Positions 1 to 9,992 of a DNA stretch of 64,000 nt are shown here, piece after piece. Location: the NCBI GenBank assembly GCA_039024555.1, contig JBCCQQ010000007.1, positions 64,001 to 128,000 on the forward strand, written 5' to 3'. Every line of letters starts with the position of its first letter. Position 1 is the stretch's first letter. The position numbers and the translations under genes are program-made. The notes below the pieces were generated by a model that was given only the letters and a program-made list of their open reading frames with translations, did no database searches and was not told where the DNA came from. Origin of the DNA: Cyanobacteria bacterium P01_D01_bin.156 (GTDB taxonomy: Bacteria; Cyanobacteriota; Cyanobacteriia; Phormidesmidales; Phormidesmidaceae).

Positions 1-2
1 TA

Positions 3-167
3 GTTGGTGTTGTCTGTCTGGCCTTATTTAGTCCTTTAGAAGCTGTGTTTAGCCTAAGTGCTGTTTTGGTTTCGTTTACCGTATCAGGCAGTATTGGCCT
101 GATTTTTGGTATTGCCCCTGCGCAGAGAGCGGCGAATCTTGATCCGATTGTGGCTCTGCGGAGTTGA
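3..167 (+). CDS. ABC transporter permease (MacB/FtsX family), 3' end only
   Basis: Frame 3 reads ...VSGSIGLIFGIAPAQRAANLDPIVALRS*, the typical MacB-type permease C-terminus; directly upstream of an ABC ATPase. Confidence 0.85.
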   Translation, partial: VGVVCLALFSPLEAVFSLSAVLVSFTVSGSIGLIFGIAPAQRAANLDPIVALRS

Positions 168-319
168 TGCAATTTAATGGTCTGTCAAAGCTAATTATCT
201 TAATTAAGACGGGGTAAAGGGAGCAGGGGTGGGTGGCAAGGGCATAGACCCTAATTTCTCCAAGTCATTAGGAATTGATACAGCTTCCTTTTACCATTCC
301 CCTCTTACTCTGGCATACT

Positions 320-1003
320 ATGAGTCACCTTATTCAACTGCAAAATATCTCTAAAACCTATGGGATGGGAGACCTCCAGGTGTATGCCTTAAGGGCTGTT
401 GACCTCACCATTGAGGCAGGAGACTATTGCGCCATTATGGGGCCTTCCGGCTCGGGCAAGTCAACCATGATGAATATGATTGGCTGTCTTGATCGTCCCA
501 CCCAAGGAGACTATTGGTTAGATGGGGAGGAGATTGCCCACTTAGAGGCAAAGCAATTAGCTAGCATTCGCAATCGTAAAATTGGCTTTATTTTTCAACA
601 GTTCCATTTACTACACCAGCTCACTGCAGTAGATAATGTTGTGTTACCTATGATTTATGCTGGGGTACCTGCTGGTGAACGAGAGTCTCGGGCTATTGCA
701 GCGCTGCAGCGGGTAGGTCTGGGGGATAGGCTGGCTAATCGGCCTAATCAGCTGTCCGGTGGTCAGCAGCAGCGGGTAGCGATCGCACGGGCCATTGTCA
801 ATCAGCCTAAGTTACTCCTGGCCGATGAACCAACGGGTGCCTTAGATACTCAAATGAGCCAGGAAATTATGGATATCTTTGCGGAGCTAAATCATCAGGG
901 GATGACCCTGGTGATGGTTACCCACGATCCGGAAGTGGCTCAACGCTGTCGACGGACCATCACTTTTCGAGATGGCAGTATTCGGCAATGCGCACAATAT
1001 TAG
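320..1003 (+). CDS. ABC transporter ATP-binding protein (LolD/MacB-like)
   Basis: Walker A GPSGSGKS, signature LSGGQQQR, Walker B LLLADEP, VTHD; ATG at 320 preferred over TTG at 275. Confidence 0.93.
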   Translation: MSHLIQLQNISKTYGMGDLQVYALRAVDLTIEAGDYCAIMGPSGSGKSTMMNMIGCLDRPTQGDYWLDGEEIAHLEAKQLASIRNRKIGFIFQQFHLLHQLTAVDNVVLPMIYAGVPAGERESRAIAALQRVGLGDRLANRPNQLSGGQQQRVAIARAIVNQPKLLLADEPTGALDTQMSQEIMDIFAELNHQGMTLVMVTHDPEVAQRCRRTITFRDGSIRQCAQY

Positions 1004-1077
1004 TCAAAAATGGTTACAAGGCTCAAATGTCAGGTAATCTATCGCTAAATGAATATGGTTAGCAACCTCTAGAGAGC

Positions 1078-2529
1078 CTATGTAGTTTGCTTGATCGGTA
1101 AGCCAATTATAAATTCGGTCCCTTGCCCAGGTTGGGAATGAATACTGAGTGTTCCGCCATGCTTTTCAGTAACAATTTGCTGACTGATAGCCAAACCTAC
1201 TCCTGTGCCCTTCCCAACACCTTTGGTCGTAAAGTACTGGTCGAAAATCTTATGTTGCACATCCGCTGGAATACCTGGTCCATTATCAGTGATACTAATT
1301 TGAACCTGATCGTCATCCTCACTGAGGCGAGTAGTCACTGTAATCTGATTTGGCACAGCTTTAATCTCCTGTAAATTTCTTCCAAAATTAGATTCTTCTA
1401 GCGCGTCAATAGCATTGGAAAGCAAATTCATAAAGACTTGATTGAGCTGTCCAGCAAAGCAATCAACGCTGGATAGCTCCCCATACTGTTTATGAATCTG
1501 AATCTCAGGGCGCTGCTCATTAGCCTTGAGTCGATGTTTCAGGATGAGCAGTGTACTGTCTAGCCCCTCATGAATGTTGAAAGCGGTAGGAATAGCGGTG
1601 TCAGCTCTGGAGAAGGTGCGTAAACTGGTGCTGATGTCACAAATTCGCTTCGCTCCTTCTTTCATAGAAACCAGAAGTTTGGGCAAATCTTCCTGTAGGA
1701 ATTCAAGTTCAATGTCTTCAAGGATCTGCTCAATGTCTTCCCCTGGATTAGGGAAAGTTTGTTGATAGAGCTCAATCACTCGCAATATGTCTTTTACATA
1801 TGCCTGAGCATGTTTCAAGTTGCCCGAGAGACAGCTCACGGGATTATTGATTTCATGAGCTACACCAGCCACTAGATTACCGAGAGCAGACATTTTCTCA
1901 CGTTGAACCAAATGTAATTGAGATTGTTGCAGTTGAAATAGGGCCGCATTCAATTCGATTGTTTGGCACTGTAATTTTTGATTCAGTTCCTGTAGATCAA
2001 GCTCAGCTTGCCGCCGTCGCGTAATGTCCTGATATGTCCCTAGGATACCGATGACATTTCCTTCAACATCGTGAAGTGGTACTTTATTCGTTTCTAACCA
2101 GGTTTGTTCACCGCTACTGTGTAGTTGAGGTTCAATAATACCGATTTCAGCTCGGTTAGATTCCATCACGCGCCGATCGCACTTGAGGTAAAACTCAGTC
2201 TCCTCCTTTTTCCAAGGCATATCATAGTCATTTTTACCAACGATCTCATCTGGAGAGCTTAAACCAGCATCTTCTGAAAAGTTCTTATTACAACCCAGAA
2301 AAGTAGAATTCTGATCCTTCCAGAAAATTGCTTCTGGCAAGGTATCCATAACTAGCTGGAGTAGCTGTTGTGAATCTCGAAGTTTGTCTTCAACTTGCTG
2401 ACGCCGGGCCAGTTCTTGCTGGTGGGCTGCACGTAATGACTTTAGCTCATCGTGACAGCCAGCCAGCGTATTGGGTAGCCGCTCTTGGCTCTGGTGAGAT
2501 TGATGATTAAGCTCATTCAGTAACACCAC
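1078..2529 (-). CDS. PAS-domain sensor histidine kinase
   Basis: PAS/PAC (IFWKD...GTYQDIT), H-box AHEINNP, N-box NLLSNAID, DNGPG, GKGTGVGL; GTG start with upstream GGAG. Confidence 0.92.
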   Translation of the reverse strand: MVLLNELNHQSHQSQERLPNTLAGCHDELKSLRAAHQQELARRQQVEDKLRDSQQLLQLVMDTLPEAIFWKDQNSTFLGCNKNFSEDAGLSSPDEIVGKNDYDMPWKKEETEFYLKCDRRVMESNRAEIGIIEPQLHSSGEQTWLETNKVPLHDVEGNVIGILGTYQDITRRRQAELDLQELNQKLQCQTIELNAALFQLQQSQLHLVQREKMSALGNLVAGVAHEINNPVSCLSGNLKHAQAYVKDILRVIELYQQTFPNPGEDIEQILEDIELEFLQEDLPKLLVSMKEGAKRICDISTSLRTFSRADTAIPTAFNIHEGLDSTLLILKHRLKANEQRPEIQIHKQYGELSSVDCFAGQLNQVFMNLLSNAIDALEESNFGRNLQEIKAVPNQITVTTRLSEDDDQVQISITDNGPGIPADVQHKIFDQYFTTKGVGKGTGVGLAISQQIVTEKHGGTLSIHSQPGQGTEFIIGLPIKQTT

Positions 2530-2767
2530 GCTAGATTACTCCGAACAACTTTCGTTAACTAATTATTCCTAGTCCTAAAGTGCCCAAAAAGAGAGCGTAT
2601 TTACAAATGGAGAGAATAGAGAGTACTCTGCTCCTCCTACAGACTAAGAGAAAATTCTATGTAACCTATTCTCTGGGTTACGTATAGGAACATACTCTCA
2701 TAGATGCAGGAGTAATAAGCACAGTAAGACTGCTGAGCTTCTAATTAAATTTCTGTGAGGTTATTTT

Positions 2768-2808
2768 CAGATAAGATTGTAAAGGTTTAGTCTTTACAAT
2801 CTTATCTG
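2768..2808. repeat. 17-bp perfect inverted repeat, 7-nt loop
   Basis: cagataagattgtaaag / ctttacaatcttatctg. Confidence 0.85.
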
Positions 2809-3258
2809 GGATATATACTTACACATAAGTCAAAACAATGTTTTATTGTGATTTTGCATGTTGATGGTCGTGTAGTTGAAAATAGGATGGAGTCATAATT
2901 TATATAGTTTTGAGCTTTTGGTCCTCCAACCTAAAAAAGAGTCTCTGAGTAATTTTGAGTCTTTTCTTAAAGTCTTCCTTAGAAAACTTTGATTTAGCTG
3001 CTACGCAATAATCTGAGCTAGCAGAAAGAGGTCATCTCCCCCTTCAGCAACCGTAGGTGTGCTCTCATGCATCGCTTATGTCAGATTGTTGACAAACTTT
3101 AGAACACACCATGCCCATAAGTTCTCGAAATCAGTAATTGCTCTGGGTTAGAGAACCGCTGAATTCATCCCAATTAGAGCTCTGTCTGGCGCTTAGAATT
3201 TTATTTCTATCAATTTACTGAAAACTATTCTGGGGAATTAGATGCTGTTTAATTGAAA

Positions 3259-3672
3259 TTACTCTACTGCCAGTGAGACTTTTTTTCCACCGATACTTCG
3301 CAAATCTGCCAACAACGTTGCAACATCAGAATAGGGTAATGTTCGATCCGCTTTTAACATAACAAACCCATCAGGATTCTCTGCAAAATATCCTTGAATA
3401 ATGGGCGCTAATGCAGGAATTGTTACAGCCTCATCGTTATAAACTGTCTGACCATCTTCCCGTAGCCCAATCACTAAAGGTTCTATCTTTTCAACAACTT
3501 CTTCATCTACACCAGAAACAGCTTGCGGCAAGCTCACTCCAAAAATCTGTACACCACTCAGTTCCATGGAAATAATCACAAAAAAGGTGAGAACCGTCAT
3601 TAATACATCCATCATCGGTACCAGATTCACCTCAGGTACACCAGAATTCTGATAGCGAGACCGTAATCCCAT
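3259..3672 (-). CDS. exbD: Biopolymer transporter ExbD/TolR
   Basis: EVNLVPMMDVLMTVLTFFV transmembrane motif with conserved Asp; LKADRTLPY. Confidence 0.9.
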   Translation of the reverse strand: MGLRSRYQNSGVPEVNLVPMMDVLMTVLTFFVIISMELSGVQIFGVSLPQAVSGVDEEVVEKIEPLVIGLREDGQTVYNDEAVTIPALAPIIQGYFAENPDGFVMLKADRTLPYSDVATLLADLRSIGGKKVSLAVE

Positions 3673-3680
3673 GGTTCTTA

Positions 3681-4109
3681 CTACTCCTCAGGATCTTCTA
3701 ATGCTAGGGAAACCTGGTCTCCCCCTACTGCCCGCATATCTCCGAGAAACTGCATAACATTTTCGTAGGGCAGTTCTTGATCGGGCACCAAATACACTGT
3801 CTTTGTAGGATTCTTTTCAATATAATCGCTAATTTCTAAGGCTAGCTGAGCACTATCCAGTGGCTGACCGTTAAGAAACGTTTTTTGGTCTTTATCCATC
3901 TCTACAATAAATATTTCGTTGATGGAGGGTAGCTGATCTGGCGGTGTGTCTTCGGTTTGTTCTGGTGGCAGTTCTACCTCAATAAGCTGTTCACTACCTA
4001 AGGAGACGGCAATAACGACAAAAAACGCCAACACACCCATCATCACCGTGAGCATGGGTATCAGATCAATGTGGGGAATTTTGCTTTCTTTGTGTTTACC
4101 TAAAGGCAT
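3681..4109 (-). CDS. exbD: Biopolymer transporter ExbD/TolR, second copy
   Basis: IDLIPMLTVMMGVLAFFV; VPDQELPY; the usual transmembrane Asp is Thr here. Confidence 0.85.
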   Translation of the reverse strand: MPLGKHKESKIPHIDLIPMLTVMMGVLAFFVVIAVSLGSEQLIEVELPPEQTEDTPPDQLPSINEIFIVEMDKDQKTFLNGQPLDSAQLALEISDYIEKNPTKTVYLVPDQELPYENVMQFLGDMRAVGGDQVSLALEDPEE

Positions 4110-4120
4110 ATTTCAAACAA

Positions 4121-4816
4121 CTATTGATAGGTTGCAGGTACTGGTGCCTCGTCCGGTGTATGGCCGTTTTCAGCAGCAAGTAGGGCAGGCTCGTACCAGT
4201 TTTGTCGATAGATGAGCTCTAGCTCATTACCAGCTTCAGAGAAATAGTCGGTCTGCTGGCTTTGTAATGAGACCAACACCCGCAGAACTAGCAGAGCCAA
4301 GATCGCCACTACCATGCCCGCAGCGGTGGTAATCAGAGCTTCACCAATACCAGCGGCGGCTTGACTAGCGCCTTCCCCGCCGCCGCTACCACCAATGTCC
4401 AGACTATAGAAGGTGGCAATTAGCCCCGTTACCGTTCCAAGTAATCCAAGCAATGGGGAAATGGCAACGATAGTTTCGAGTAGTTTTTCACCCTGACGCA
4501 TTTTGACGAATTCTCTATCCGCTGCGGTTTCCATCGCTAAACGGAAGGTTTCGGGTGAGGCATTGCGCAGTCGCAGAGGTGCATATAAAAAGCGGCCCAT
4601 GGGAGTGTCGCTATGTTGGTTCGCGATCGCAGCTGCTTCATTCAAATCCCGAGGAGCTGCTTTTAGTACGTCGTTTACAATTTTGCCTTCACGTCGCAGC
4701 AGGTCAGACCAAAACCGTGTCCGTTCTAGGGCACAGGAAATTGTAAGTACCGACGCCCCAACAATCGGGACCATCACCGGGCCACCCCTAGCTAGAAAGT
4801 CAAATACAGTTGCCAT
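4121..4816 (-). CDS. exbB: MotA/TolQ/ExbB proton channel family protein
   Basis: SPLLGLLGTVTGLI and GIGEALITTAAG motifs. Confidence 0.92.
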   Translation of the reverse strand: MATVFDFLARGGPVMVPIVGASVLTISCALERTRFWSDLLRREGKIVNDVLKAAPRDLNEAAAIANQHSDTPMGRFLYAPLRLRNASPETFRLAMETAADREFVKMRQGEKLLETIVAISPLLGLLGTVTGLIATFYSLDIGGSGGGEGASQAAAGIGEALITTAAGMVVAILALLVLRVLVSLQSQQTDYFSEAGNELELIYRQNWYEPALLAAENGHTPDEAPVPATYQ

Positions 4817-4911
4817 TACCTATCTCCTCGGTTGTGTACCTATCTCACTTTGTCGGTTAAACTACGCTTCGAACGTTTCAGCGGGCCATGATGTAGCGTT
4901 CTCATCGTCGT

Positions 4912-5598
4912 CTATTGACGATCGTCCTCATCGTCTTCCTCTTCTTGTGACGCGGCTGGAGCAGTCTCGCTAACCGGTGTTTGCTGTGTTTCCGGAGTAG
5001 CCGCAGTCTGAGGTGAGGCAGTGGCTGCACCAGTAGGTGCACTGCCAGCACCAGGTGCAGTACCACCCGCTACTGGTGCACTATCCACTACAACCTCCTG
5101 CCATTCCAAATTACTGTCGCCGCCCACTTTAACCAAAATTGACACCACGCGACCGGCTGCGACGGTACCAGCACCGATCACATCACATTCAAAGGTATCT
5201 CCCCGCTGATTAATGCGATAGGTATCACCACAGTCAATAGTCAGGCGCTTACCAACAGCATCTTTGAGCTCGTCTTGAATGCTTTCTTCCAGGGAGGCCA
5301 AGTTGATGATTACCTTCGAACTTGGAACATCCCAGACCACACTGCCTTGATCGTCTTGCTGGATCACATTAATCGTGAATTGACCACCGTCAGGCAACTC
5401 TCCCACGCAGCGAAAGTAAGCCTCTGCTTGTTTGGCCACACTACCTGGGCAGATTACATCCTTCAGGGTGAGCCGTCGCCCCTGGCGCTCAATGTCATCC
5501 TGAATCCTGGACTCTATGCGAGATATGTTTAGGTTTTGGCCACAGCCACTAAGGAAAACCAACCCTAATAGTGCGCCCAACCGAACAATGGGAACCAT
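4912..5598 (-). CDS. Predicted lipoprotein with two DUF4333-like Cys-pair repeats and an Ala/Pro/Thr plus acidic tail
   Basis: Lipobox FLSGC; repeats V.CP...F.C and IDC...FEC. Confidence 0.7.
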   Translation of the reverse strand: MVPIVRLGALLGLVFLSGCGQNLNISRIESRIQDDIERQGRRLTLKDVICPGSVAKQAEAYFRCVGELPDGGQFTINVIQQDDQGSVVWDVPSSKVIINLASLEESIQDELKDAVGKRLTIDCGDTYRINQRGDTFECDVIGAGTVAAGRVVSILVKVGGDSNLEWQEVVVDSAPVAGGTAPGAGSAPTGAATASPQTAATPETQQTPVSETAPAASQEEEDDEDDRQ

Positions 5599-5827
5599 TT
5601 TGTGCTGTCGAAAAATACGCCGCTGCTAGGGTAGAAAATTAAAGGACTGATAGAACTCACTAATACTCTAAACTGGACGCATCAAATCATACCGATGAGC
5701 AGCAACGCTAAGAAAAATCTCAAGACTCACTATAACGGGGGCTTTCAGACACCAGGTAAAGACTGGGTTAAAACACCCGTAGAAATTGTGGAAAACTCTG
5801 AGAAATCTCAAAATCGGATACCTGTAG

Positions 5828-6322
5828 CTACCCTTGTATCTGGCGAACCAGATGCTGTAGTTCTGGCAGAATAAGCGCATCCATCGCTAGTTTGACACCA
5901 TTACTAGAACCAGGCAGTAAGAATATCAGCGTAGATTGATATACCCCTGCAGTTGCTCTAGATGCGATCGCCCGAGAGCCAATTTCAGAATAGCTAAGCT
6001 GACGAAAAATTTCTCCAAAGCCAGGAATTTCTTTTGTTAGTAAGACAGAAACTGCATCATAGGTAGCATCTCGTGGAGCGATCCCAGTACCACCATTGCA
6101 AATAATGACATCAACCGTTGGCACCAACTGCTGCACTAAAACTTTGATTTTATCGGGCTCATCTTTGACCAGTCGGTAAGCCTCTAAACGATGCCCAGCT
6201 TCCCGTAATTTAACCTTGATTAGCTGACCACTCTTGTCAGTATCCACAGTACGGGTGTCGCTAACGGTAATCACACCGCATAACGCTGGCCGAAAATCTG
6301 GATCGGGGTGAGGGCTAGACAT
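5828..6322 (-). CDS. moaB: Molybdopterin adenylyltransferase (MogA/MoaB family)
   Basis: ITVSDTR, DKSG, GGTGIAPRD, LPGS motifs. Confidence 0.88.
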   Translation of the reverse strand: MSSPHPDPDFRPALCGVITVSDTRTVDTDKSGQLIKVKLREAGHRLEAYRLVKDEPDKIKVLVQQLVPTVDVIICNGGTGIAPRDATYDAVSVLLTKEIPGFGEIFRQLSYSEIGSRAIASRATAGVYQSTLIFLLPGSSNGVKLAMDALILPELQHLVRQIQG

Positions 6323-6342
6323 AGAAATTTAGGTTGGAATTC

Positions 6343-6383
6343 GAAAGATGAATTCCGACTTCCGAATTCCGACTTCATCTTTC
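6343..6383. repeat. Hairpin enclosing short heptamer-like tandem repeats, between psb28 and moaB
   Basis: gaaagatgaa / ttcatctttc arms around ttccgac-ttccgaa-ttccgac. Confidence 0.6.
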
Positions 6384-6384
6384 T

Positions 6385-6717
6385 CTAGCTCTTAGTAAAG
6401 CCCAAACCATTTTTCTCAGCGTAGCGGTTCATAAATCGCATAAACCGTTCCCACTCCTCAGGGCTTTTAATCAACAGTCGTGCTTCTAAGGCAGCAGGCG
6501 CACCGTTAATAAATTTGGCGTTGACTTCGCGGCTAACGATTTCGCCTTCTTCGTCTACTAAGTACAGACCAGTTACTTCAAAGCCTTCTTCCATAAGAGC
6601 TCTGGGCTCATCAAAGTAAAAAGTAGCAGTGCCGTCGCTACCATCCTTGGCACGGGTTAACCGCACATCTGGAATAATTTCCTCAGCTACACCCCGAGCA
6701 AATTGGATTTCTGCCAT
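6385..6717 (-). CDS. psb28: Photosystem II assembly factor Psb28
   Basis: [17 protein letters not shown]...[19 protein letters not shown]. Confidence 0.96.
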   Translation of the reverse strand: MAEIQFARGVAEEIIPDVRLTRAKDGSDGTATFYFDEPRALMEEGFEVTGLYLVDEEGEIVSREVNAKFINGAPAALEARLLIKSPEEWERFMRFMNRYAEKNGLGFTKS

Positions 6718-7203
6718 TGCACTATCCTCTAAATAATTAATGAGCCATCTGTAACAAAGCGTTACGGAATATCATCCCATCATATGAGTGTTGTTTAAAA
6801 CACTTGCTGGAAAAATTGCGGCCAAGAGAGGAAATTAGCCTTTAGCAGTGCCATCACTGAGACGTTGATAGTCACCCACATTGCCAGAAAAAGAGCAGCC
6901 ATGACTTCTACTGAACTTCATAAGCAATTTCCGTAACTTCCTCAATGTTTTAACGGAAGGGCATTGATGTAATAGAGCTACGTTACCAACGATATTTACC
7001 CAGTCGTCAGATATGAACGCTAATAACCAGACAGAAAAGACACCTAAATCACTTTGGAAACCGTTAACCGTTTCACAGGAAGAGACTGTTAAAGGGGGTA
7101 GCGGTACAGTAGGAAGGTATAGCAGATACAGAAATAGGAATCGTCACTCTCGTGGATAGAGAGAGATTAACTTTGAGTCCAAATGTGATGTGAGTTATGT
7201 GGT

Positions 7204-9360
7204 TTAGTCTGCAATTGCCACCTGGTAGGGAGATCCTACAGGTGGCATTCGTTTTTTCAGAACCATGCCCTGATAGACCATAGCGGCGACGGTATCCCAG
7301 GTCGCCACTTCATTAGGTGTGAGCATGTCTATCCTGGGATGGTTAAACACTAAACCGAGTTTAGTGGCGGTTGAGATCGCGCCCACCGCATAGCGAGGCA
7401 CCTGATCTTGATCCTGATAGCGAGACAGCATGCCCGCCGTTCCCTTAGCCTTCAGATTTAGGCCACTGACAAGAGCTAACAACACCTGAATTTTGAGGAT
7501 AGGCTGCTCTGGCGCAAAGGTATAGTCGGGAAAGCCAGACAGAAACTTACCCCGATAGACCGTCTGAATTGTCTGAGCGGCCCAGTGGGATTCAGGGACA
7601 TCGCGAAATGCCACAGGATAACGGCGAGGCTCAGGGGTAAATGCCGCTGCCACCAAGCTGGCAAACTGAGCGCGGGTTACGGGGTCATCGGCATCACAGG
7701 TGGCATCCAGTAAATTGTGAGCTATCAGGGGCTGTAAAAAGTCACTGGCCCAGTGGGTGGCCACCACATTAGCCACGCTGCTGGCCACCTGGGGACGAAC
7801 GATAAAGGGGGAATTGGGGGACTGCATCCGCCCTAAATTGACCAAACATTGGTGAACTAGGGCCGTAGTTTCGCCCCGAGTAATGGGTTCCATAGGCCGC
7901 AGTCGAGCCACATCTGGATGGTTCACCACAATGCTGCGTCGAGTGGCGATGGCGACTTCTTCTACTGCATAGGTGGGTACCTGGGCGCGGTCGGTGTAAA
8001 CTCCCAGCTCAGACGCTTCTCCCTGCCCTAAGCGGAGGCCATTAACCAGGGCTACCAGGGCCTGTACCCGAGTCAGTGGATTATTGGGGCGAAACGTACC
8101 ATCGGGAAACCCGGCTAGAAACCCTTGGGCCTGGGCTTGATAAATCACCTGACGCGCCCAAAAGTCTGAAGCGATATCCGAAAATGCCTTAAACCGACGC
8201 TGATCGCCACCGGTGGCTGGAAATGTGGCCATGATTAGGGCGGCAAACTGAGCTCTAGTCACTAGGGCATCAGGGCGAAAAGACCCATCTAAAAAGCCCT
8301 TAACCAGATTTGCGTCAGCCATGGCATTGATAAATGGCGCTGACCAATGGCCCATCACATCCTGAAACTGGCTATCGAGATTGGCCGACGGTGTTGTGAT
8401 TTTTTTGGGTGTCTCTGGGACGCCTTGGGGTTTGACCTTACCTAAGAGTACTGAAGGTACAGCAATGGGATCAGGTAGTTCACTGGCTACATAACGAATA
8501 TTGCCTTTAACCCGATTGGGATTGATAAAGTTACCGGCTGAATTGAGGGCTTGCCGACTGTCGTTGCGAATATCCCATTGGCCATTGTCTTGAAAAGAAT
8601 TACCGCCCAAATCCTGACTGAGGCCAATATCCGGCTGGCTATCGTCCTGCATCCATAGACCGGAGGCTTTATTCTGACGAATACGGTTTTGTCGCAGGAC
8701 AGGTCGCGCTGAACGAGATAGAACAACTCCGGCTCGGTTTTCAATTACGTCGTTGTCCACCAGCAGCGGCGCAGCCTGGTCGCTGAGAGCAATGCCAAAG
8801 CTGGTGTTGATAAAGCGATTTTGGCGAACTTCTCCCTTAGTTTGTCGAGCCATAAATAGGCCGCTGGCATTGTTAAAGGAAAATTCATTATCTAAAAGTA
8901 CTGGCATAGCGTCTCCGGTGGCATGTACACCGTCTCGGCCACAGCCCAGCAGGCGACAGCGAGTAAGGAGTGCTGTTCCATCTTCTAACCACACCCCAAT
9001 ACCTTGGTTATCGGGGTTGGTAACAGTAATGCTGCGAAGCTGAGCGCGATTTTGCAGCTGGAGAGTAACGGACTGGAGTCCCATCTCTTCAGTCGCCAAC
9101 ATGCCGCCACCTCGGATGGTAACGGTACCACCTAACCCCACTACTGTGACCCCTGCAGCAACCGTTAGCGGAAACGATTCGCCACTGCTGTAGGTGCCTG
9201 CTTCTATCTGTACCGTGGCACCCGTTGCTGCCTGTCTAAGGGCTTGAGTAAGGGTTTTAAAGGGTGATTGTCGGCTGCCGGTCCCTTGAGTCTGGCCGGT
9301 TACACCATTGACATATAGAACAGAAGCAGGAGCTTGCACCATGACACCGGGCGATAACAT
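7204..9360 (-). CDS. DUF1565/beta-helix protein with C-terminal S-layer homology repeats
   Basis: LYVN...PFKTLTQAL start, beta-helix repeats, two SLH triads (GFLDGSFRPD..VTRAQF, GFPDGTFRP, FRDVPESHWA). Confidence 0.85.
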   Translation of the reverse strand: MLSPGVMVQAPASVLYVNGVTGQTQGTGSRQSPFKTLTQALRQAATGATVQIEAGTYSSGESFPLTVAAGVTVVGLGGTVTIRGGGMLATEEMGLQSVTLQLQNRAQLRSITVTNPDNQGIGVWLEDGTALLTRCRLLGCGRDGVHATGDAMPVLLDNEFSFNNASGLFMARQTKGEVRQNRFINTSFGIALSDQAAPLLVDNDVIENRAGVVLSRSARPVLRQNRIRQNKASGLWMQDDSQPDIGLSQDLGGNSFQDNGQWDIRNDSRQALNSAGNFINPNRVKGNIRYVASELPDPIAVPSVLLGKVKPQGVPETPKKITTPSANLDSQFQDVMGHWSAPFINAMADANLVKGFLDGSFRPDALVTRAQFAALIMATFPATGGDQRRFKAFSDIASDFWARQVIYQAQAQGFLAGFPDGTFRPNNPLTRVQALVALVNGLRLGQGEASELGVYTDRAQVPTYAVEEVAIATRRSIVVNHPDVARLRPMEPITRGETTALVHQCLVNLGRMQSPNSPFIVRPQVASSVANVVATHWASDFLQPLIAHNLLDATCDADDPVTRAQFASLVAAAFTPEPRRYPVAFRDVPESHWAAQTIQTVYRGKFLSGFPDYTFAPEQPILKIQVLLALVSGLNLKAKGTAGMLSRYQDQDQVPRYAVGAISTATKLGLVFNHPRIDMLTPNEVATWDTVAAMVYQGMVLKKRMPPVGSPYQVAIAD

Positions 9361-9625
9361 TTGAACAGCTGCAATATCTGACCCACCAGGGTAAGGGTAA
9401 ATGTCGTTGCATTAACAATGGTTTGTTGATTTTGACTGAAAAGTTTATCTGGCGTTGCTGATCCTCCGGCTGAGTTTCTCTGCCATGTCCAGGCAACTGG
9501 TAGGCTCTACAGAGCATTTCATCCCCTAAATCAGCAGCGACCTCGGTGGCTAATCATCCTTGGCGTTTTAACTTTATAAGTGTGGGATGTGTTTTGACCT
9601 GGGTTCAACGTATTGTGGAGCCACT

Positions 9626-9916
9626 ATGCTGATTGCCCTAACTGTTTTTAATGTTGCGATCGCGCTACTCTGTTTTTTGCTGTCCTGGCGAATAATTGGC
9701 TGGCAACGCCAAATTATTCAACTCAACCGCGACCTCAATCGTTGGATGGTGTTTTTAGAAGGTACCCTAACCGAGCAGGCACTAAACCTTACTCAGCAAC
9801 GCACCCAGTTGCGTCTGTGGCAGCTAAATCATTTGCAATGGCAGCTTCAGCAGCGACAGTTGATACAACTGGTAAAGTTTCTTAAGCTGCTTTGGTTCAT
9901 CAGCAAGCGGCGATAG
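9626..9916 (+). CDS. Hypothetical membrane protein: N-terminal TM helix plus Gln/Leu-rich coil
   Basis: ATG at 9626 with GGAG upstream; first gene of a co-oriented run. Confidence 0.65.
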   Translation: MLIALTVFNVAIALLCFLLSWRIIGWQRQIIQLNRDLNRWMVFLEGTLTEQALNLTQQRTQLRLWQLNHLQWQLQQRQLIQLVKFLKLLWFISKRR

Positions 9917-9992
9917 GGATTTTATAAACCTATGGTTTTAGCAATCCTCGATAGTGTGAACTACGTGCACAACATATTCGCAGGTGTAGAAA

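Noticed and set aside
4503..4973. 156-aa ORF antisense to exbB, and similar antisense ORFs within topA, thrS, pgi and the wzc-like gene
   Set aside because: Shadows of well-supported genes with no recognisable motifs
6750..6766. GTAAC/GTTAC dyad upstream of psb28 as an NtcA site
   Set aside because: Spacing is GTA-N9-TAC, not N8
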